Of a stretch of DNA of 50,106 nt, positions 41,817 to 49,905 are shown one piece after another; position 1 is the first letter of the stretch; each line of letters starts with the position of its first letter. Location: IMG/VR virus record IMGVR_UViG_3300005860_000041, positions 1-50,106 of that record. One strand, written 5' to 3'. The notes under the pieces are model-generated. The model had not been told where the DNA came from, did not search any database, and saw nothing but the letters and a program-made list of their open reading frames with translations. A program made the translations under genes and the position numbers. This DNA comes from a virus (Duplodnaviria > Caudoviricetes).

Positions 41817-42038
41817 TTAATCACCTTCCTTCGCACGCTTGGCTTTTATACGTGCACGATGCCTCTTCAGCCAAGGAGATGCAGGACGCAGTGGTTCATT
41901 GAACGCTGTGTTTTCTTTGACACGCGCCTTTTTCTCTTCCACATCGTCAATTGGTGGAAGCATATTCACAGTGACTTCGTAGCTGATACGCTTTACACCT
42001 TCTAACGGGTTCTCTTCAACGACTTCTTGCTTAGGCAT
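41817..42038 (-). CDS. Small hypothetical protein
   Basis: RBS AGGAGGTGA; acidic N-terminal half, basic C-terminal half. Confidence 0.7.
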   Translation of the reverse strand: MPKQEVVEENPLEGVKRISYEVTVNMLPPIDDVEEKKARVKENTAFNEPLRPASPWLKRHRARIKAKRAKEGD

Positions 42039-42063
42039 GCAGTATCACCTCCTGAATACATTA

Positions 42064-43908
42064 TTACTCAGTGCGTGGCATTTCGCCACCAATAGCTTCT
42101 GTCATTGTGCCAGGGCGCTCTTGTGCCCTTTTACTACCTCTCTTTTTACCCTTGCTTGCTTGTTGCAACATTGCCATCATTTGTTGCATCATCATCATTT
42201 GTTGCTTCTTTGCTTCAAATTCCTCTTCAGGTATGAGCACTTCATCAGGTTGCCACTGTAGCGACTTAATCATTTCCACAAGTAGATTATACCACTTGAT
42301 GGCAAGCGTCGCATCCGGGAACGCTTGTATGAGTTGCAAGAAGCTTGCAAGCTTGTTAATCTGCGCAGCACGTTGCATTATCGTCGTTATACCACGCGCC
42401 CTAAACTTGTAAGGTCGTGTCCATACTTCACTTGGGTCTTCAAGTTCTTGTGCATACTCTTCAATCTTGTCAAGCAGTTCTTTCAACTCTTCATCAGTGA
42501 CTTGGTCTCTAAAGCGTGTGAGGATAACCCAAATGCGCTGAAGTAGTGGTTCAAGCAATTGGTCTTCAATGTTTCGTCCAATAACTTCAACAAGCGCTGT
42601 AGCTTGCTCTCTACCAGTCACAATTTCAGTTGCAGTTGGACGCCCACGCGCACTCTGTGTGCCCATCAAAAGCTCTGTAATTCCAGTCGCATTTTGTATC
42701 TCACGCTCAAGTATGGCATAGATGTTCACAATCTCTTGCGTGATGCCACCAACATTGACTGCCGTCACTGGAGATGCGTTAGGTGGTATTGCACCACTTA
42801 AGAGCACAGTCTTGCCTGGCATGATGCCTTCTAAGATGTCTTCGGGTCTTGCAAGCATATCAAGTTGCACAACAAAGATTGGTAATGCATGGTAGCGTGA
42901 TGCATCAATCATGAAGTTCATGAACTCATTTAGGGCACGCTGTAGCTCTATCGCATCATGCACTAAGCCCTTATGATAGACAAGGAATGGTCTATAAAAT
43001 GGCGCTGCAATGATGAATGGATGCCTGAATGGCGCATAAGGGTTAGGTATCGGTCCTCTTAGAAGCTTATCTTCATCAGCAATCACCATGTAGGCGTTTG
43101 GATGAATGATATTACCATCCTCATCTGTCACCGTGCCCCAAAATTCCCAAATCTTCACATGCTTCTTGTATGGCGATGTTGGAATGAATGTGCCTTTTGT
43201 CTTTGCCCAATCTTCAACCCCTGAACCTTTTAGCTCCTTTACTTTGTCTGGGTCAAAGTAGCCAACCTCTGCAAGCGCTTTCACTGTTGAAAGTTCAAGA
43301 TAGAATTCGTGGATGGCAAATGTATCTTTGCCAGTCCAGTCAAGATAAAGGTCTAATGGGTCAACTAAGTCAATTCTTACACCTGCAACATTTTTTACAC
43401 TTGGCATCAAGCCAAGCGCCGATAACTGCCACTCGATGTTCTGCTCTGTGTGCCAGTATACTTTATATGCAAGCATGCCTGTAACTAAGCCAACAATGAG
43501 CGCTTCATAGAAGCTCTCCACAAATCTATTTTCTTCAAGCACATGCCATAGCACACGTTCAATAGATTTTGCAATGTCAAGGTCTACTGGAGTGTTCCTT
43601 ATTGGGTCAACGCTAAAAAAGGCTCGTGATTGCACCGTGAGAACTTTTAAGATAGCAGCTGCGACTTCAACAGCCTTCGTGAGCTTAGGAATGTATGTCT
43701 TTGCCTGCCAAGGGCGCTTTGCACTAAAGTCATACTCCTGTCTATAAACGCGCCATGCTTCTTTTGCTCTATTCTCCCAGTTCAGGCGGTAGTTCTTTGA
43801 GCACCTTTGTAAGTCTTGGACAAACTTCACATAGAAGCTTTCAGGTAATATGCGCCCTTCGTCAAACTCAACTTCGGGCATACTTTTGTCAAGCCATTCC
43901 TGTGGCAC
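42064..43908 (-). CDS. Portal protein
   Basis: 614 aa directly after terminase; VDPLDLYLD, IWEFWG, GPIPNPY, ELQRALN, ATGI..L.G...TATE. Confidence 0.9.
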   Translation of the reverse strand: MPQEWLDKSMPEVEFDEGRILPESFYVKFVQDLQRCSKNYRLNWENRAKEAWRVYRQEYDFSAKRPWQAKTYIPKLTKAVEVAAAILKVLTVQSRAFFSVDPIRNTPVDLDIAKSIERVLWHVLEENRFVESFYEALIVGLVTGMLAYKVYWHTEQNIEWQLSALGLMPSVKNVAGVRIDLVDPLDLYLDWTGKDTFAIHEFYLELSTVKALAEVGYFDPDKVKELKGSGVEDWAKTKGTFIPTSPYKKHVKIWEFWGTVTDEDGNIIHPNAYMVIADEDKLLRGPIPNPYAPFRHPFIIAAPFYRPFLVYHKGLVHDAIELQRALNEFMNFMIDASRYHALPIFVVQLDMLARPEDILEGIMPGKTVLLSGAIPPNASPVTAVNVGGITQEIVNIYAILEREIQNATGITELLMGTQSARGRPTATEIVTGREQATALVEVIGRNIEDQLLEPLLQRIWVILTRFRDQVTDEELKELLDKIEEYAQELEDPSEVWTRPYKFRARGITTIMQRAAQINKLASFLQLIQAFPDATLAIKWYNLLVEMIKSLQWQPDEVLIPEEEFEAKKQQMMMMQQMMAMLQQASKGKKRGSKRAQERPGTMTEAIGGEMPRTE

Positions 43909-45288
43909 TTAAATCACCCCGTATGTTGGCGATGGCACATCAATCAATGGCACTGATGATTGTGTGCCACGCAATGTCCAAGGCATCGCCTTAAGAATGA
44001 TAAAGCCTAACGCATCCATGGCGTGAACGCTAATATGCCTTGTGTCAACTTTCAATTCTCCAGTATCGGTGGGCTTCCAAGAATACCCACCACGGAAGCC
44101 ATCGTCAATTATTTTAGCGCGCTCAACATCAACTTGCAACATTGCTCCACCTTCTCTTGAGCGCTTGCTTAGAAGTTCATGCATTGCTCGCACTCTATCA
44201 AGCATGTTGGAATACACCGTATGAAGTGTTATACCATGCTCCCGAAAGATTTCAATGACACTTTTGTCTGAAGTTGGATAATGAGCTTTTGCATCATGCC
44301 CTGCAACATCAATGATTGAAAAGCGTGCACCCCATACTACCGAGGTTGGGTCTGTATTAGCTAATGCTTCGCTCATTAGGACATGCGTCACAGTCTCAAC
44401 ATACTTAAGGAAGTCGCCCATCCACATACCTGATTGCACCTCAGCCCACAACACATTGAACTTTTGTGCCACAGGAAGCCATTGTGCAATTACACACGCG
44501 GGGTGTGCATGCCCAATATCCCAACCTCGGTAAAGTGGCACTGCAAGGCTCACTTTCAAGTTGTGTGCACGGTGCTCCTCATTGTATTCGGGGAAGATGG
44601 GCTCATAGCCTTCAAGTTCAACCCAGTCACCTTCTAAGTATCTTTGACGCCACTTAAGTGGCATCTGTTTCAGTTGCAGTTCAACATAGGCAGGGTCTAT
44701 GAACGGGTTTTCAACAGTGCGTGAGCGACAAAAGAATAGCTCCTCATCTTCATACACATCCCTGCCACCAGCCTTGCTTACAAAGCGCTCATAAAGCCAA
44801 TGTGTTGGTGATGCAGGGTTGGCAGTGAGCCATATTTGTGGTGGGTAGCCACGCTGGCTCAACCTACCCACGAGGAAATTGAAAATGCTATCGTCTTTAA
44901 ACTCAGTAGCTTCGTCAATATAACACGCTGCAAGCTCAAGGGAGCCAAACTTTTGAAACTCATCCAGTGCCCTAAAAAGCACAATTGAAGGTGGGTCATC
45001 ACGGCTTGGCTGTATCACCGCTTTATCTTCTGAGTGCTTATACATCTTGAGCCAGTCAGGCGGTAAGATTTGCATGAATGTTGCACGCGTCGTATCATAT
45101 AGCTCCCTGTATGTCTTCCTGCCTACTAAGACGCACGCACCTGGATTTTGCAAGATGTAATGGAGCACCTTGCAACAGCCTGCGAATGTCTTTCCAGCAC
45201 GCCAGCCACCAATGTAGATACACACAGGCTGGCGTGCCTGCACAAACATTGCTTGTTTTGGCGTTAGCTCAATCTCTTTTTGCATCAT
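43909..45288 (-). CDS. terL: Terminase large subunit
   Basis: Walker A GGWRAGKT, GRKTY.EL, Walker B YIDEA, LTANP, ENPF, RYLEGDW; nuclease GWDIG and HAMDAL. Confidence 0.95.
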   Translation of the reverse strand: MMQKEIELTPKQAMFVQARQPVCIYIGGWRAGKTFAGCCKVLHYILQNPGACVLVGRKTYRELYDTTRATFMQILPPDWLKMYKHSEDKAVIQPSRDDPPSIVLFRALDEFQKFGSLELAACYIDEATEFKDDSIFNFLVGRLSQRGYPPQIWLTANPASPTHWLYERFVSKAGGRDVYEDEELFFCRSRTVENPFIDPAYVELQLKQMPLKWRQRYLEGDWVELEGYEPIFPEYNEEHRAHNLKVSLAVPLYRGWDIGHAHPACVIAQWLPVAQKFNVLWAEVQSGMWMGDFLKYVETVTHVLMSEALANTDPTSVVWGARFSIIDVAGHDAKAHYPTSDKSVIEIFREHGITLHTVYSNMLDRVRAMHELLSKRSREGGAMLQVDVERAKIIDDGFRGGYSWKPTDTGELKVDTRHISVHAMDALGFIILKAMPWTLRGTQSSVPLIDVPSPTYGVI

Positions 45289-46060
45289 CTTGTGCATACA
45301 CCTCCAATGGCTTACCATCGAATGTGCTCAATTTCCTTTCAGCGGTTGCCTCTATTATCGCCTCAATGTCATCCCAGATGCTATCATCGATTTCGATTTT
45401 CACACCAACCAAGTTCACCTTCTCAATCAAGATGCGCCTTGTAATGAGCACCCAAAGTTGTGTTGCTGTTATTGTGCTATACCCACATTCACGTAGTTTG
45501 TCACGCATTTTGAACACAACATAGGCGATAAAAGAAGCAAACGAAAGTGGTGTGTTAAATGAAGTGACAATAAGGTCGGCAAGGTGTTGTCTTGAGATTG
45601 TTACGCTCCTTGTCGTCTTCACAAAGCCATCTAAAGTTGCTTCAATGTCATTGATAGTGAGCTTCTGCTTAGCAGTGCACCGATATTGCCTATAGAGCTT
45701 CGTCCAGTGTGCCGAAGTTTTCATGTAAGCGTATGGCACGAGCTTTTCAGGTGGCTCGTCAGGACATAACATGTGCAAGCAAAAGAGTGATGTCATTGGT
45801 GCACTGTAGCTCTCTGGAATTGCACCAAAGACTTTGTAGACAACACGCAATTGATAGAGCTTGTAGCGTGACCCAATCTCACTAAGCAACTTTTTTCTCT
45901 GCTCATCGTCAATATCATCACGGTTATCAATCGCATCAACAAGTAGCGCATGGACAATCCATTGATGCATCTTCGTCTGTTTTACAAGTTGCTGTAGTTG
46001 CGCTATACTTGCATTCATGAGGAAGTGCTTTAGGCTGTCAATGTCAGTGAGCATAAGCAT
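45269..46060 (-). CDS. Hypothetical protein
   Basis: RBS AAGGGTGA before MLMLTD; overlaps the terL start. Confidence 0.7.
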   Translation of the reverse strand: MLMLTDIDSLKHFLMNASIAQLQQLVKQTKMHQWIVHALLVDAIDNRDDIDDEQRKKLLSEIGSRYKLYQLRVVYKVFGAIPESYSAPMTSLFCLHMLCPDEPPEKLVPYAYMKTSAHWTKLYRQYRCTAKQKLTINDIEATLDGFVKTTRSVTISRQHLADLIVTSFNTPLSFASFIAYVVFKMRDKLRECGYSTITATQLWVLITRRILIEKVNLVGVKIEIDDSIWDDIEAIIEATAERKLSTFDGKPLEVYAQDDAKRD

Positions 46061-46105
46061 TGTTTCATCACCCTTAATTAAGTGTAGCGCAAAAGGAGGG
46101 AGAGC

Positions 46106-46633
46106 ATGCATGCCAAAGAAGAAATCACCAAAGGAGAAGAAGGTCGTCTCGAAGGGCGGGAAGGGTCCAAACAGGCTCCTTCCGAAGAAGCACGTCCGTG
46201 TGTAAGTAAGATTGAAGTTGGGCTGGCACTCGCCAATACAAAATGCGCATTAACGAAAGAAGAGGCGCGTGATGTCATCGTAGGTGGGCTAAGGAAAGGC
46301 TTCTTCCTCGATGACATCATGCAAGAATATGGTATATCTAAATCGGACATAGATGAGCTTGTGCAAGTCTACCCTGAGGTTGCACAAGCCATAAGGAACT
46401 ACTTTGACTTTTGGGCACTCAGGATAGAGCGCAAGCTCATTGAGCGTGCATTGCAAGACGACACCACTGCAATGGTAAAATTCTTGCAAGCACGCCACCC
46501 ATGCTATCAAGGCACAACAGATTTGCAACAGACGGTGCTTCGTTTCAAGATACTACAATCGGGTGGCGCACGAGAGAAGAAAAAGGAAGGTGTCATTGAT
46601 GTCGCTGTTGAAGAGAATATGGAACGAGATTAA
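46106..46633 (+). CDS. Putative terminase small subunit / HTH protein
   Basis: HTH-like DDIMQEYGISKSDI, YPEVAQAI, IERKLIERALQDDTTAMVKFLQAR; RBS AGGAGG. Confidence 0.6.
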   Translation: MHAKEEITKGEEGRLEGREGSKQAPSEEARPCVSKIEVGLALANTKCALTKEEARDVIVGGLRKGFFLDDIMQEYGISKSDIDELVQVYPEVAQAIRNYFDFWALRIERKLIERALQDDTTAMVKFLQARHPCYQGTTDLQQTVLRFKILQSGGAREKKKEGVIDVAVEENMERD

Positions 46634-46847
46634 ATTCACATGGGACTTGTTCATCGCATACATTGTTGACGAAATTGTTGATTGGGTTAGAGTGCAATTT
46701 TACGGCACAATATTCGTATATGCCGCTAAATTGACAATGCACTCGGCTAAAAAACTTGGCTTCATCAAGGAGCATGAATTTATGATTGTGACGCCAGATG
46801 AGATAATCATACCATTGCCATCAGGAGGCGATGAAAATGATACTTAA
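46599..46847 (+). CDS. Small hydrophobic hypothetical protein
   Basis: RBS GGAAGGTG before MSLLKRIW; coupled to neighbours. Confidence 0.6.
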   Translation: MSLLKRIWNEIKFTWDLFIAYIVDEIVDWVRVQFYGTIFVYAAKLTMHSAKKLGFIKEHEFMIVTPDEIIIPLPSGGDENDT

Positions 46848-47124
46848 GAAGGTGTTCAAGACAATCGAAAAATACTTCCTTAGGCGCTACATGGAAAAAT
46901 CACTTGAATACTTGGTCGGTGACCTGAAAGATGTGCTACTTGTGATTGTAGAGCAACTTGACAAGAAGCCGTATACAAATACTCAAAAGTTTGAAGAAGC
47001 AAAGAAAGCGCTTGAAGCATTGCTTAAAGAGAAGGGTAGGCAACTTACGAAGCGCCAAATCAACCTTGCTGTTGAGTTGGCGGTGAACATTTTCCATGAA
47101 GCTTTGGAAAGAATTACTAAATGA
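46831..47124 (+). CDS. Holin LL-H-like protein
   Basis: VEQL...QKFEEAKKALEALLKEKG.QLT..QINLAVELAV. Confidence 0.55.
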   Translation: MKMILKKVFKTIEKYFLRRYMEKSLEYLVGDLKDVLLVIVEQLDKKPYTNTQKFEEAKKALEALLKEKGRQLTKRQINLAVELAVNIFHEALERITK

Positions 47125-47380
47125 GACACTCATCACACTGCTGGTGCACATAAATAGTGAGATGGGGTGGAAAGAAAGTAAGCTCTTTACACGGAAAATA
47201 ATTACAGCGGCTTTATGGGCATTGTATAAGACACGGTGCTTTGAACATGAACACGCACTTGCAAAATACAATATCTCGTTACTACTGCACAGAAAAGGGA
47301 TAACGCTAAAGGAGCGCCAACTCAACCTGTTGGTGGCTCTTGCAATGTGCCGAGCCTTAGATTGGCTCATCATCTATTAG
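47096..47380 (+). CDS. Diverged paralog of the preceding holin-like gene
   Basis: LLHRKGITLKERQLNLLVALA aligns with LLKEKGRQLTKRQINLAVELA. Confidence 0.5.
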   Translation: MKLWKELLNETLITLLVHINSEMGWKESKLFTRKIITAALWALYKTRCFEHEHALAKYNISLLLHRKGITLKERQLNLLVALAMCRALDWLIIY

Positions 47381-47396
47381 GCAACGGTGATGTGGT

Positions 47397-47684
47397 ATGT
47401 TACATGCATTGCTCGCAAACAAGACGGTCATCTTCGCACTCGCTGGTGCTGCTGGCGCAATTGCAAGAGCTTGTATCAGTGGCTTCATCGAACTGCCAAA
47501 AAGAAAAGGACATAAAATCGCTCTTGGCTTTCTAAGTGACTTGATGCTCGGTATCATACTCGGTATCATCGTCGACCAATCCCCTATCATTGCATTTAGC
47601 GCCGCATTCGCCGGTAGACAAGCAGTTGAAGACATTGTTAAGCAATTTTCAGGTAAGAAGGCTGAAGGAAATGAGCAGGAATAA
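47397..47684 (+). CDS. Membrane protein, holin-like (2-3 transmembrane segments)
   Basis: FALAGAAGAIA, IELPKR, LGFLSDLMLGIILGIIVD, AFSAAFAG. Confidence 0.7.
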   Translation: MLHALLANKTVIFALAGAAGAIARACISGFIELPKRKGHKIALGFLSDLMLGIILGIIVDQSPIIAFSAAFAGRQAVEDIVKQFSGKKAEGNEQE

Positions 47685-48180
47685 TTACGTGAGAATAAAA
47701 CGCAAAGTTGTCTTGTTTTGTATTTGCCTTGCTTTGTCAACTTCTTTCACTTTAATCGTGGATTACCATTACGTCCCAGTCCTAACACACGGACTTTCAA
47801 TGTATAAGACACTCGGCACACTCAGTATCGCACTTTTGAAACGATATCACTTCGAAAACTACAAGGACATCGAAGACATCAAAATCGGTGACTTGGTCGA
47901 CGTAAGAATTACCGACGACAATAAAATCTTACACATCGTCAAAAGAGTAGTCGCTAAACAAAACGACAAAATCTGGGTGCTCGGCGAACACCCATTCTCA
48001 TACGATAGCCGATACTACGGCTGGGTCCCAGTGTTCCAAGTGTATGGAAAAATCATACACTACATCGTGCTAAAAAAACCATCAGAAGAAGAACTCCATA
48101 ACATAAAACTCGACACAATTAGAGCAAACCAAATAAAGTTTCCATACCCCAACTTGCCACAAAACATGGATGAAGAATAA
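47671..48180 (+). CDS. S26 family (signal peptidase I-like) peptidase
   Basis: N-terminal TM; catalytic Ser GLSMY, GDLV, catalytic Lys IVKRV, box E SYDSRYYGWVP...GK. Confidence 0.85.
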   Translation: MSRNNYVRIKRKVVLFCICLALSTSFTLIVDYHYVPVLTHGLSMYKTLGTLSIALLKRYHFENYKDIEDIKIGDLVDVRITDDNKILHIVKRVVAKQNDKIWVLGEHPFSYDSRYYGWVPVFQVYGKIIHYIVLKKPSEEELHNIKLDTIRANQIKFPYPNLPQNMDEE

Positions 48181-48318
48181 AAGTGCATGTAATACATGCA
48201 CGTGCCCCACAAATTTTCCTCATAATGACCTCATTTTGGGTGATTGAGTTGACAAAAAGAGTGGGAAGAGTGTAAAATGAAAGGAAATGATGTGTGAGGT
48301 AGCTTCCTACTGGGTGAC

Positions 48319-48335
48319 TGCCCCCTTCGGGGGCA
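48319..48335. promoter_or_regulatory. 7-bp stem hairpin with a 3-nt loop (C-GAA-G on the minus strand)
   Basis: TGCCCCC-TTC-GGGGGCA immediately before the GC array. Confidence 0.5.
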
Positions 48336-48356
48336 ACTGGCGCGCCGTCTGGTGAC

Positions 48357-48805
48357 GGCGCCGGACGGCGCAGGAGGGCGCCGGCTGGCGCCGGCTGGCG
48401 CCGGACAGGCGCCGGACTGCGTAGGACGGCGCCGGCTGGCGTGGCGCCGGCTGGCGCCGGACGGCGTAGGAGGGCGCAGTCCGGCAGGCGCAGGAGGGCG
48501 TAGGACTGCGCCGGCTGGCAGGCGCAGTCCTGCACAGGATGGGCACAGGATGGGCGTAGGATGGACGTAGGATGGGCGCAGGAGGGCACTGGCGTGGCGC
48601 AGGACGGCGCAGGAGGGCACAGGACAGCACAGGATGGGCGCGGGACAGCACAGGATGGGCGCGGGATGGGCGTAGGACGGCGCTGGCGTGGCGTAGGACG
48701 GCGCAGGTGTTGTTGGCGCAGGAGGGCGCAGGCAGGCGTTGTTGACAGGCGCAGGCGCTGGTGGCGATGGGCGGCTGGACTGAGGACTGTTGGACTGGAC
48801 GGCGG
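48357..48805 (+). repeat. GC-rich degenerate 10-11-bp tandem array (GGCGCCGGCT / GGCGYAGGAS / GGCACAGGATG), roughly 35-40 units
   Basis: Read directly; G-rich plus strand; lies where transcription from both strands converges. Confidence 0.9.
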
Positions 48806-48823
48806 TAGTTGCGCAAGCGAACA

Positions 48824-48866
48824 TAAAAAAAAGAAGCGCAGGCACTTTTGTAGTGCCTGCGCTTTT
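48824..48866. terminator. Bidirectional intrinsic terminator
   Basis: A-run, 13-bp stem AAGCGCAGGCACT/AGTGCCTGCGCTT, T-run. Confidence 0.75.
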
Positions 48867-48896
48867 GGTAGCTTAGTAGCTACTGTATGGCAGTTC

Positions 48897-49094
48897 TTAT
48901 GAGGAAGATGGATAGTTTTCTTTTTCGGCTTTAGCGCTTGCAAGAAGCAAGCGCCGAGTGCTTTCAAGTTGTTGTAGTAATTCAAGTTGACGCAATGATT
49001 GAAGGAGCTCTTCAGTTAACAACCTTGCTGCCGTCCACGCACCGGCAGAAGCGAGGACGGCAATCATGCGCGCAAGGTTTATTATTCTTTCCAT
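48897..49094 (-). CDS. Small hypothetical protein with hydrophobic N-terminus
   Basis: RBS GAGGAGGTG before MERIINL. Confidence 0.65.
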   Translation of the reverse strand: MERIINLARMIAVLASAGAWTAARLLTEELLQSLRQLELLQQLESTRRLLLASAKAEKENYPSSS

Positions 49095-49234
49095 CTTGCA
49101 CACCTCCTCTTGAGTTTTGGAGCTCTACTTGAGTTTGGACGCTTCAGCAATTTGAGCTTGCCACATTGTGCGGCAAGCCCAATGATAATTAGCCTACGCA
49201 ACTCCTTCTCCGCCTTTTCAAGCTTCGTTTTCAT
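49082..49234 (-). CDS. Small basic protein (50 aa)
   Basis: RBS GGAGGTGG before MKTKLEK. Confidence 0.6.
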   Translation of the reverse strand: MKTKLEKAEKELRRLIIIGLAAQCGKLKLLKRPNSSRAPKLKRRCARWKE

Positions 49235-49247
49235 TATGCACCACCTC

Positions 49248-49350
49248 CATACTAATACGCACATATAAAAAAAGCGAGGACGCAAGAGCGAGCGCTCTAA
49301 CTCTCTCGCGTTCTTTTCTTTGCGAGCTCTATATGCGTCCTCGCTCTCTT
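49248..49350 (-). repeat. Cassette boundary module (motif TTTATATGTGCGTATT, hairpin AGCGAGGACGCA/TGCGTCCTCGCT, TATGTG)
   Basis: Same layout as left-end modules; arms shared with 49751-49776. Confidence 0.75.
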
Positions 49351-49374
49351 TTTTTATGTGCACTTTATCTCTCG

Positions 49375-49686
49375 CTATTCTTGTTCTATTCTCGCTCGAA
49401 AGCTCGCAATATCAAGAAGCGAGCGCACAAACCACGCTGGCGCAAAAATCTTGCGCCAGCGCTTCCACGCCCTATCCCCAACTCGGACGTCACGCCCACG
49501 CTTGAGCTTGAGTATGTTCTCAAGCTCAAGCCGCACATGCCTTTCTACTGCTTTCTCGTCCAAGCTGTTTAATAGCTTCACGTCAGACATAGTTTCAACC
49601 CATTCTCGCGTGCGTTCCTGGACAACATCAACTATCTTCAAGAAAGTGTTGAAGCTCATCTTGACACCAGCAACAGTTACTATCAT
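49375..49686 (-). CDS. Hypothetical cassette protein (103 aa)
   Basis: RBS GGAGGTGG before MIVTVAG. Confidence 0.75.
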   Translation of the reverse strand: MIVTVAGVKMSFNTFLKIVDVVQERTREWVETMSDVKLLNSLDEKAVERHVRLELENILKLKRGRDVRVGDRAWKRWRKIFAPAWFVRSLLDIASFRARIEQE

Positions 49687-49723
49687 ATGCACCACCTCCA
49701 TATTTGTTTTTTGCGCCACATTC

Positions 49724-49810
49724 AATACATGCGCATAAAAACGAAGACGCCGAGGACGCAAATCCATGCGTCCTCGCATGTGCTATGTGACTGTGCTATG
49801 TGACTATGTG
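49724..49810 (-). repeat. Cassette boundary module (motif TTTATGCGCATGTATT, hairpin 49751-49776, TATGTG tract)
   Basis: Same layout as left-end modules. Confidence 0.8.
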
Positions 49811-49835
49811 CGCTCAAATGGCTTCATGCAACATT

Positions 49836-49891
49836 AAAAAAAGACTGGCGTGGGCTCGCTATGTGACGAGTTCCCACGCCAGCCTTTTTTT
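49836..49891. terminator. Bidirectional terminator identical in stem-loop to 1048-1092
   Basis: A7, stem-loop, T7. Confidence 0.75.
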
Positions 49892-49905
49892 GTCTTTACT
49901 CAACT

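Noticed and set aside
41007-42005. 332-aa hydrophobic plus-strand ORF
   Set aside because: Antisense of the Arg/Lys-rich genes, each of which has its own RBS on the minus strand.
48119-48985. Long Pro/Arg/Ala ORFs across the GC array
   Set aside because: Several frames are open simply because the repeat lacks stop codons; the 10-11-bp period is not codon-based and a terminator lies within them.
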